From: Lama glama
Taxonomy: Eukaryota
Reading direction: 5' to 3'
DNA: 64,000 nt
Assembly (NCBI GenBank): GCA_028534125.1
Contig: CM052817.1
Coordinates: 310,001 to 374,000, forward strand
The position numbers and the translations under genes are program-made. Numbering within the stretch: position 1 is the first letter of the stretch; each line of letters opens with the position of its first letter. Below, piece after piece: positions 14,553-39,829 of the stretch. Below the pieces are notes generated by a model that did no database searches, was not told the origin of the DNA, and was given only the letters and a program-made list of their open reading frames with translations.

Positions 14553-15428
14553 CGGGCCAGTCCAGGTTTGGGGCAGCCTGAGGTTGATGGGCTGTCTTTA
14601 AGAAAAATGCAAAATTATTATGATAAAATTAGATACACATTTTTTCAGAATGAGAGAAAATCACAACAAAGTGAACATTAAAAACACTGACAAATGGCAC
14701 AAACATCACAAAATCCAGGAAAAAAACCCTACAACTTTCATTCATAACTGCTTCCTACTCCACGATTGATTCTGTTTTCATCTACATTTTTATTGTCTGT
14801 TTTTATAACAATTTTGTAATATCATTGTCCAGGGAGAGAAGAGAGAGAAAAACTCTTTCCTGGTTGTGTCATGCACATTGTCAAGGCTGCTGTCAAGCCT
14901 GGAGACAACTTTGTTGAGTCTGTTTCATCTGGAAGCTGGGACGGCTCGGGGTAGTGCACTTTTCTTGTGTCATGACTCATCCAAAACGCCCTGTGCTCTG
15001 ACGGGCCTTCTTACATGGTGCCCTTGTCACACTGACTGTGGGGTCCGCTCTGTCTTGTCGGTGTCAGCGTCTCCTGTGAAGTCAGCAGGATGTCCGATCC
15101 TTTCCCCAAAGTGCACATGACTTGCTCCTTCCCCTGGCTAACTGCCAGGGGTGTTCCTGGAAGCTGTTTTCTGCACCTGTTGACTTCGCTAAGCAAGGAA
15201 GTGACAGTGAGGGACAGACATGTCCACGACCCACAGACATTCCCACCACTCAGCTTCCCCTTGGCCAGACCCCGAAAGTGCCACCCCAGCCCCACCCCAG
15301 CAAGAGGGGAAGTGTGATGGGGACCCAAGATAGTGTGGGAACCGCTGTGGTCATGCTGTCCTAGTTTAGCAAATGTCACAAAACCACGTGAGTATATGAC
15401 CCAGGCCCTCATGAACCCAGGCCACTGT
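14553..15428 (+). mobile_element. hAT-Tip100 DNA transposon relic (Zaphod/MER115-like)
   Basis: Matches the recalled Zaphod 5' text (tccaggtttggggcagcctga...ctttaagaaaaatgcaaaatt...aaatcacaacaaa...aaacatcacaaaatccagg) and 3' text (gcaaatgtcacaaaaccacgtgag...ggccctc). Confidence 0.55.
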
Positions 15429-15519
15429 GTGGACCCACGTGTCCCTGCTGTGCCACGCCATCCACACGGTTCTGGCGGACAGTCCCAGTATAGGCTGGCA
15501 GAAGCCCTCTGCATGTGTT

Positions 15520-16610
15520 CCAGGCATGGGCAGGGCCATGTCCCCTCCAGAGGCTGCTCCTGGAGCCCTGTTCTGGGCCCTCCCCAACTCGTGGCCCCTC
15601 CTCCATCATCAAAGCCAGCAGGACTGAACCTTCGTTCTAAAATGTGTACCCAGGTTTGTTTTCATCAGACAGGGTGAGGTGACAGTCACGGAGACACCTG
15701 CCTTTGAAGAAAGAATTTATGACATTTCTCAAGAGGAGGGACCCCACGACATGCAGGGACACTGGGAGCACAGCTTTGGGTCAGGAAACAGAAGCAGGAA
15801 TGGAGACAATGTGGCCCAGAGCCTTTATTGGGGTTTTCGCAGGAAGGGATGGGTGAGGCAGTCCAGGTACAGACAGTCAATTGAGGACTGGACGTTTTGA
15901 ATAATTTTGGCAGTCTGAGCTCTGGGGACAGTCTCTGGCTGTTGGGTACATGGCCCTGGGGTGAGCTGGTGCAGATGGGACATCAGCATGGCATGTGAGA
16001 GGGGGAGAAGGGCTGGCAGGGGTGGGGGCTCTGGTCCCATCCATTTGTGGGGAGGCTCAGTTGGTTCCAGGAACTGGCTGGTCCAGGAAGGGCAGCCTCT
16101 CCAGGACCAAGACCCCAAGTGCCAGAGCACCCAAAATACTGAAAATAAGCCACTATCACCAGTACAGTTAGAGACAGACAGGGGGACAGAAGGGAAATCA
16201 TTCTTACCTGCTTAGAGATACAGGCCAGATTTTTTTTAAAGAGAAAAATCAGGATTTTGTTTAAGAGAAGAAAGGTTGGTGGTGCTGCCTGGTCCTCTTC
16301 CAGCCAGAGACAGCAACAAAATGCCAAACAGAAAAATAAATGAATAAAGAAATGAGGAGGGAGAAAAGAATGGAAGACAAGACTGATGTAAGAGCATAGA
16401 GGGGAGAAAATAGACCCCTATTCTCCTGTTTTTCACCTGGAAAAGTTAAGGGTGTCTCACCTGGAAAACCATACTATGCCACTGTGGTCCCACCACCAGG
16501 ACCCTGCTCCCCAGCACCCAGTACCAATATCCGGGATAATCTTCCATCTCCAGACCCTTAACTTAGTCACACCTGCAGAGCGCACACTCTGGGTCGTGGG
16601 GGTGGCTGGG
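15520..16610. mobile_element. MLT1-like LTR (about 15520-15625 and 16500-16610) interrupted by an ERVL-type LTR (about 15640-16240)
   Basis: MLT1 phrases (tcgtggcccctcctccatcatcaaagccagca; ccatctccagacccttaacttagtcacacctgcagag) flank MER54/MER74-like text (ttgaataattttggcagtctgagctctgggg...ggtacatggccctgggg). Confidence 0.45.
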
Positions 16611-16639
16611 AGCCAGTGCCCCCACACCCGTGTTCCCCT

Positions 16640-17230
16640 CACAACCCTGCATACGCCTTAGCCTCTGGGTGTATTTCGAGCCCCATGAGACACAACTGCT
16701 GTTGTATGTGTCGCTGCGTTAGGTTCATGTACAGTAGCCTCTTTGTGCTGCGTCTCATCCCTTCCTGCCTCTCCAGGGACAGGATCCTTCTTTTCCTGGA
16801 AGGACACCAATCACCGCTTCTGTAAAGGGGGTCAGTGGAGACACATGTTCAGACTTTGTTTCTCTGGAGTGTCTTTATTTGACCTCCGCTTTCAAAGTAG
16901 ACTTTTTGCTGGAGGTAGAAGTCTGGCTATGAGTTACTTGCCTTGAAGTTTTTGTTTCCTCGTCTGCTGGTTTCAGTCGCCTAGGCTGGAAGTCAGTGTT
17001 CTCCCCTGTGGTTCCGCACTTCAAGGGTTGCAGGCCCTGTTTTCCTCCTGCTGCTTTGAAGGTGTTCCCTTTGTCTTTGGTTTCAGCTTTTCATTAGAAG
17101 CTTGGATTCTGCTTTCTTTCTACTTTTCCTCTGGCTACAGAGCACCTCTTGATTCTGTGGCTGGATGGCTTCCATCACTTTAAGAACATTATCAGTTCCT
17201 GTCTCTTCAGATGCTGTCTCTGTCACCAAC
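16640..17230 (-). mobile_element. Decayed L1 fragments
   Basis: T-rich antisense L1M-like text (ctttcaaagtagactttttgctggaggtagaagtctgg...). Confidence 0.45.
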
Positions 17231-17399
17231 CCAAGGGACTGGCAACAGTGACTGCCTCCGGGTGGGTTTTACTGACTGAGGGAGGACGTGCAGGGAAGTG
17301 GTCCTCCCCTGGGTTCCGAGACCTTCGGTTGGTGGGGAAGATGCTGTGCGCCCTCCAGGACAGGCAGGTGTACAGACACACACATGCAGCATCTGCATG

Positions 17400-17700
17400 C
17401 AGCTGACAGCTTAAACATCTACACCGCTGACTGCCACCTCCCCAACACCCAGGCCAGGCTGCCTGGCTGTCCTGAAGGGACGTCCACTTGGCTTCTTAAA
17501 GGCAACTTAGCTCTCTGACCACCCCTGCTGCTTTACAACCGCGCCCCTCTCCGAAAACGGCACACCCCCACGCTGCTGCAGTCAAATTCCTTAGGGTCAC
17601 CAGTCCACCTTCCAAATGTGTCCCACATCTGACCACCTCTGCCCACCGCCCAACCATCGCAGGTCTGAGCCATGCGTTAGGCTCCTCCCTGCTCCGAGGG
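17400..17700 (-). mobile_element. L2 LINE fragment
   Basis: L2-like phrases (gggacgtccacttggcttcttaaaggcaactt; aaaacggcacacccccacgctgctgcagtcaaattccttagggtcacc). Confidence 0.4.
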
Positions 17701-18237
17701 CCGACCTTACTTACGAAGCGTTGCAGATGACGGTTCTCACCCGTGCGGCTAAAAACCAGGCGCTTTCCAAGTGTCGTCCAGTGCCCACAGCGCGCTCAGC
17801 GCTTCAGCGCGGGAGGGGACAGAGGGGCGCTACCTGCTGGGGGCTGCCGACCCTGCGCCCCCTACACCTACTGCCCCGGCCCCGCCGCCACGTCCACGGC
17901 CCCAGGCTCCAGCCCCACCGCCTCGCGCCCACATCCCCGCCCCCGCCCACTCCCTCCTGACCCCGCCCATATCTACCGCTTTCCCCTCCCCAGACACGCC
18001 CCTCCTACAGCCCCGCTCCCCGCCCACCACCCCGGCACCGCCTCCCACCTTCCGCCCGACTCCGCGCACACCCACCACTTTCTGGGGGCCCGCTCCGCCC
18101 CACGCCCACCGACCCGGGTCCGCGACCTCACGTCCACTAACCCGCTTCCTCGCCCACCGCCCCGGCCCCTCCCACCTCCCACCGCCGGCCAGACCCCTCC
18201 TGGCCCGTTCCTGCCGAGGCCCCTCCCGGCGCCGGCG

Positions 18238-18247
18238 GTCACGTGGC
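18238..18247 (+). promoter_or_regulatory. CLEAR element (TFEB/TFE3/MITF E-box)
   Basis: GTCACGTGGC is a 9/10 match to CLEAR consensus GTCACGTGAC, about 105 bp upstream of the ATG of a lysosomal hydrolase, followed by ETS-like GGCGGAAC. Confidence 0.7.
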
Positions 18248-18350
18248 GCGCAACCCGGAGGCGGAACCGGCCGTGGGGCGCGGACCTCGGCTCCGGGAGC
18301 GACAAAGGTCGGGTGGGTCTATAGGGTTGGGGTGCCCCGGCGCCCCTGCC

Positions 18351-33491
<15,141 letters not shown>

Positions 33492-34639
33492 GGGCCGCTG
33501 CTGCCCGGCGATGAGCCTGTGCTGACCGGTGAGCTGGGGCGGCCAGGGGCCATGCTGGGCTGGACCACCATCAGCCTGTCCGACAGTCACCCCCTCTGTT
33601 TGCCCCTCCTGCCCCTCACTCAACCTCTTAAAGTGCCTTTCCACACACAGTCTCCGGGAAAGCCTTTGTCAGGGGCGCTAGGCAGATGTGGGGCCTGTTG
33701 GTCAGAGCCCCCTCCCCACCTGTGGGAGCTGGGATGGGGTGCAGGTTGAGGCAGACAGGTGTGAGCTGCGGGAGGGGCGAGGTGTGGACTGCACTGGAGT
33801 TAGGGTCTCTGGTGTCACCTCCGGGAGCAGCAGGCCCCACCACTCCCGTCTCCTGCAGGGTGGGGGCTGAGGGTGCCCTGCGAGTGGAGTGTGCCTGGGA
33901 CAGAGCCCAGAGGGTTATCCACTCCCTGAGGCCCAGCCAGGCTGTCCCCTACCCCTTGCCAGGCTGCCTGGCCCAGACTGTCTCCAGCAGAAGAAATGGC
34001 CAGCAGTGTCCACTCTTGGTCATCCTAGCTCCTTGTCTGGGCCCAGAAGGAAACAGATGGCGTATTCATGACCTGGGGACTGTTTATAGAGATATGGGCA
34101 GGGGGCAGGGAAGCCACAGTGGGTGGTGCCGAGCCCCGGGGCTCCTCCCCACAGCCACCTCTGCCCCAGGGCAGGTGGAGAGACGGAGGAATGAGGGGAG
34201 GAGCTGCCCAGCAAAGACCTTCAGCTCAGGGATGCACCAGCCTGGGGCCACTGCCAGCAGAAGTGGGGGCCCTGACCCCATGCTCCTCTCTCCACTGCCC
34301 ACCCCAAGCTGCCTGGGCACAAGGGTGGTGGGGCCGTGGGCCTGGAAGGCAGATGGAAGACCAGGCCCAGTCACCCCTCTGGCTCCCCTGAAACCTATCA
34401 CCCCCCATCCATGTGGAAACTCAGGGGACACCAGTTCCCACCAGCAGTCTCGTCTTGGGCAAGAGATGTTTGGCCACATTTTTGCATGAACCACAAAGCC
34501 AGTCCCTGGTCTGGGGACTTCAGGGCTTGGTGACTGGGGGACCCAGACCGTCTTGCTGGGGCCCCGTTGTGACCATACAAGGGGCACTAGGGGTGCCTGG
34601 TGGGCATTGTTCCTGTGCATTGTCATCCTGCCTCATCAC

Positions 34640-35015
34640 GATGTGCTGTCTGAGCCTGGCCCCCGTGACAGAGCATGGTGGGCTGGCGGCCCGAGCAGCG
34701 GTCACTCCTCTCCTCCCAGACCTGGAGACCAGAGTCTGAGGTCAGGGTGCTAGGGGGCTGGTTCCTCCTGAGACCTCTCTCCTTGGCTTGCACAAGGCCG
34801 CCTTCTCCCATGTTGTTATGTGGCCGTCCCTCTGTGTGTGTCTGTGTCCTAATCTCTTCTTACAAGGCCACCAGCCAGGTGAGATTAGGGCCCACCCACA
34901 TGACCTCATTGCAATCACCTCTTTAGAGGACTATCTCCAAATACAACCACATTCTGAGGTCCTGGGGGTTAGAACTCAATGTATGAATTTTGGAGGACAC
35001 AGTTCTGCCCGTAAC
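34640..35015 (-). mobile_element. MLT1B-like solo LTR
   Basis: agtctgaggtcagggtgc...tgtcctaatctcttcttacaagg...attagggcccaccc...tatctccaaatacaaccacattctgaggt...gacacagttctgcccgtaaca. Confidence 0.8.
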
Positions 35016-38000
35016 AAGCCTCGACCTCCTTTCCCCGTGGTGACGGGGCTCCATCACCCCAGCAGTCAAACATTCTCTTCTCCAGCCACTGGCTCAGTGG
35101 CCTGGGGACCGGTGATGGTCAGAGCCTTCTCAGCTTCTAGCTTCCTTGGAGGGGGACTGGGTTCCCTGGCTCCTTCCTTGGACACAGGACCTTCAAGCCC
35201 ACAGAGCAGGGATCCCACGGAGCAGTGGGGTGTGCAGTAGGGGAGGCCCTGTGCAAAGCAGTTCCACAGGGTCAAAGCTTTCCTGTCAGCTTCCTGGCAG
35301 GAGCCCGCTGCTGTCTGCCCTGGAGGTAAGACGGGTCCCTCCTTCGGAGGCTACTGCGGCCCTGTGGCATTTGGGGCGGGTGGGGGACTAGGCACTGGCA
35401 CCCATGTCGTGGCCAGGACAGCAAAGCCACATCTGTCTCCGGGGTAAGTCACCATCTCCGCTCTGACTGTGGCTCACATGTTGTCCGGTAGCTACCAGGT
35501 TGCTGGCATGTCCCCACCCTCTGACCTTGCTTTGATCTTTGCTGGTTTGGGATCATTGGGCTTGGAGCCGGGCTGAGAGTTCAGGGAGCCACGGAACCGG
35601 CCCCTACACAGCCTCTGCCCCTGCTGCCACGGCCACTTTGCACCTGGGCCCATGGAGTGGTACCCGGGCTGGCAGAAAGAGGCTGACATCGCTGTGTCTT
35701 ATTTACAAGAGCCGCTGATGTGGGGGACGCTTCCCGGACCAGTGTGGCCTTTCTGCAGGACACAGCACCCTCGCCGTCCCTCTCCTTAGACCTCTCTGTC
35801 CCCAAGCTTTCTGTCTTGGTCTTTCTGAGTCTGGCCCCAGTGGCCAGCCTCTTGGGTGCTGCTTGTTGTAAGCCAAGCTTGAGCCAGATGTGCACCTTGG
35901 TGCCGCCCTCTGGGAGTGAGCAGGAAGCGCCTCGGGGGGCCCCGGGTGCGGGCCGAGGGAGAGGCGGCGGTCCGGGGGGAGCCAGCGCCTCCCGGGCAGG
36001 CACCTGCCGCCCTCCAGATGCGCCCGGGCCTGGGCTCCAGTATATAGGCCTCGGGACAGAGTGCTCTGTGCGCCGGCTCGGGCCCGGTGGTGGGGCGGGA
36101 GCTGCCCCAGGGCGCAGATGCCAGCCCGGAGCTGCTTTTCCAGGGAATTTTGAGAGGAGGAAGTGGCCTTGCTCCAGGCTGCCCGGACTGACCCCAGGGG
36201 CAGGTGGCCTGCACTGCGCCTGGACAATGCTGTCTGCAGCCCAGGAAATGGGTCAGAACAGCAGGTGCAGACATGGCACGTGCTGCCCCCACACCCAGAG
36301 TCCCGTGAGCCCTGGGCCCCTTAGGAGCAGCGGGTGCACTGTGACCGGTCCCACTTCACGGGGACCATCCCCCGTGCCCAGACTCTCAGACCCGAGGCTT
36401 CCCTGGAGGCTCCTGAACTTCCATGGGTTTACCCACCCCCACGCAGCAAGCACGGTCTTACTGATGCATCTGGTGTGCTGGTCATCTCGCGGCCCCCTGT
36501 CTGATCAGCACAGTGTCACCAAGGAAACCAGGACCCTGGACCATATGAAGACAGTGGGAAAGCTGTTGCCCTGAGGTGACTGTAGAGGTGCGCCGCTGTC
36601 CCTGTCCCATGAGGGAGCCTGCTGGTCGTCCCTGACAGGGAGAGAAAGCATTTGCCGGGTCAGCTGCATGTCAGGCCCCCGGGCTGTGTGACTGTCCCCA
36701 ACGACACCACCACATCCAGACCTCAGCTCATTGGTGTTGCCACAGGTTACGCTGTGATCATGGCACTCTACACCCATCTGGCAGGTGATTTGGAGAAGAG
36801 AGAAGGAACACCCTCCTCACATTCCCCAGGTTTCTGACTCTCTGCAGCTTCCCCAGAAACGTCGTGGTGGTTTTGGTTTAGCAGGGAGGGCAGGCCTGGG
36901 GGCTTCCAGGACAGCCCTCCCTGCACAGGTCGAGGGTCCGGTGTGGGGTGGCCGCTGCAGCCCTCTCTACCATCTGGGGACACAGAAACACCGCAGGCAG
37001 GGCCTGCAGGACCTGTGGGCTCACAGACTGAGGTCAGGGCCCTGTGTGCCCAGCAGTGGAGGTGTTCAGGTGAGCGGGAACTGGCCGTCATCCGTAATCC
37101 ACAGGAGCCTGGCGGGCCTCTCCACGGGACAGTCACTTGCGGACCCCGCAGGTGCCCCTTACATTCCTGGGGACACGTGTGACTGTTCAGGTGGTTCTTT
37201 TTCAGGGGGGTCTGGCCTCCCCTCCATTAAGGGCTCTTGGTCTGTGAGCCACTTAGTTCTAGGAACTGGGCACAAGGTCCTGGCCTCTCAGTGACAAGTG
37301 TGTCAGAGCTGCCAACAGGTCTCCGATTATCTGGCTGCTTGTGCTTCTAGCCTCCAGAAGCCGCGCGAAGCCAGCCCTCTCGTGCCTGCCGAGGGCCCGT
37401 GCTTCAAAGGCTCGTGTGTGCTTCACCTGGGGTCTTGTTAAGCATGGTCTGACTGGAACTGGGCCTGAGACTGCCTGCGACTCTGGTTGCTGCTGGTCCC
37501 AGGAGCACGCGTGGGGCTCAGCAGGCCCCAGGGCGTGTGGGGAAGTGGCCACAGGCCAGCCTCCCAACCATCGACTCCACTGCCAGGAGCTCGGGCCAGT
37601 GCAGTAGGCCTGGTTCTGAGCAGCCGCGTCCATCACACCTCCCTTGTGTGCGGTGATGGGTTCACTGCCACCATACTTCCCGGGATCCTGCCGGTGTGAC
37701 CAGCAAGGCTGAGGGCTCCCTCCTCCTGCAACGCTGGCCATCAGGCTGTGTGGGCAGCCGGGATAGCGACAGACTCTGCACGGGGGGAGGGGTCCCCAGT
37801 GAGGGGACCTGGCAGTGTTGGGGCCCTGCCCCTCTGTCCCTGTTTCCTTTCCTTGAAAATTGCTATAAAGTGATTTTCCAGCCACTGAGATTAAAGCCTA
37901 TGATACCAAATAAAAAACAAATAAAACCTTAAAAAAAAATTGCTGCTCCTGACCAAACAGAGGCCTCGTCAGTGTCCAGCCTTCTGTCAGGCAGCGGCTC

Positions 38001-39829
38001 ACAGAACTGGCCCCGTGGCCACAGGAGATGAGCCGCCGGGCCCCTGACAGCCCTGTGCCCCAGCTCTCAGTTCTGCCTCTTCCGTTTCAAGGGAGGAGAG
38101 ATGCCCAGACTTTATCAGCACTGCAGTCGCCATGGCAGCTAGCCCTTTCCTTCCACCCACACCAGCCCAGCTCGCAGCCACTGAGGAACTTGAGTAGCCT
38201 TGGTACCGTTGCCCTCCTGCAAGGCCAGCCCCCGGCTGTTGCCGGAACCCCACGTGGAGGCTCTGTGTCCTGGGGCCGCCCCCAGTCCCACTGGTCTGGG
38301 CCCCAGCGGGAGGACACGCATGCCTGCGGAAGAGCTTCCGGGCCCAGGTTGAGGAGGCCAGTCAGGAGCAGAAACCCCCAGGGGAACCCCTGTTGGGGAG
38401 GGCAGAGGGCGGGCGTTACCCCTCCCATCGTGAAGGAGGAAGAGAGGGCTGCCCCGCCCTGTGCAAGCCCAGGTGACAGCCGAAGGCAGAGGTGCCAGAT
38501 GCCACCACACGCCTGGGCGTGACCTGGGCCCCAGAACAGGGAGGGGGAGGCAGGAGGCCCACTAAGAGGGGTGCAGAGGAACCAGGCCCTTTGTGGGGCC
38601 CAGGGCACAAGGGGCTGCACAGGAGGAGAGCTGTCCTGAGCCTGGTGCCCCTACCTGCTGCCCAGAGGTGGCACTGCGGACCTTGGGTGGTGGGGGATGT
38701 GGGTGGAGTCTAGCCCTGGGCATGATGAAGCCTCATGACTCACACCCTCAACAGGTGGAGAGCCCTGGATGCAGCTGCTGGGGTTCATATGGTCCCCATT
38801 ACCACGGGACACCACGTGGCCACAGACCTGCTGCCTCCTGGCGTGCAGCCTGAGCACCCTGACACCCGGTCAGAAGTGCCCCTCAGCCTCCTGGTCCCAG
38901 GGTCCCCTCCTCACTGAGGCTGAGGTGGCCCGACGAGGCCAAAGCCCCACTGCCCACCTTCCACGCCCAGCAGAACCCCTCCTGGGGCTCCCGCGCTGCT
39001 CGTGGACTGGCTATGCCTCCAGGTGAGGGAGGCCTGTGGGTGCCAGTGCTAACCCAGCTCCCCTCTACCACTGCCCTACAAGGTTCCAGAGAGAACCTGG
39101 GTGGAGCACCGCCGGCGGAGGATGGGAGCAGGCTGGTCCCCAGCGGGTAGGCCTGTCCCCTCAGCGGACCTGGTCAGGGTGGCCCAGTATGGCAGTGTCC
39201 TGTTCTGGCTTTGGGCTGGGATCCATTTGGGGATCCAGGGGTGCACATCTGCAAGGCTTGGGGGCCCAACCTCAGCAGGAGTGCTGGTCAGCCCCAGAGC
39301 TTCGGGACCCACTTGGACGACTGTCCTGCCCAGTGGCCCCATCCAAGCACTCCAGCCACATCCTGTGACAGCCCTGCATGAAACAGGACTGGCCTCACAT
39401 CCATGCCCCAAGAGCCCCTGTGGGGACACGTAACCCTCTGAGCAGAGTTCTGGGTCAAAGCGTAGACCAGGGGCTGCCCTGCCGAGCTCACCCCTTTGTG
39501 AGTGGGCACGAGGTCTCCCCTCCATGGTGTCTATGCTGAGAGTCACCAGTGGTGCCCCGTGTCCCCAAGGAAAGGACAAACAGTGGTGCCATTGCAGGTT
39601 CGAGGGTGGAGGCAGGCCCGGGTCAGGACGCAGGAAAAGCTCCAATGAGTCGTCAAGTTGAAATAGGTCATAGGAGAGAAGGTGAAACCAAAAGGAGGTC
39701 TTCGGTGCGCTGCAAAGTCTGACATCAGCAGCTGCTGCCAGGAGTCTGTCACCTCAGTGGCCTCCCCGGCCCCTCCACGGAGGCCTCTCGTCTGTCTTCT
39801 TAGCATTTTTTGCTTTGTCTTTAAGAAAA

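Noticed and set aside
10569-18350. Shared bidirectional DGKQ/IDUA promoter
   Set aside because: The genes are head-to-head but 7.8 kb apart, with separate CpG islands and repeats in between.
35720-36574. 284-aa ORF across the orphan CpG patch
   Set aside because: GTG start and CpG-island-type amino-acid bias; not credible as a protein.
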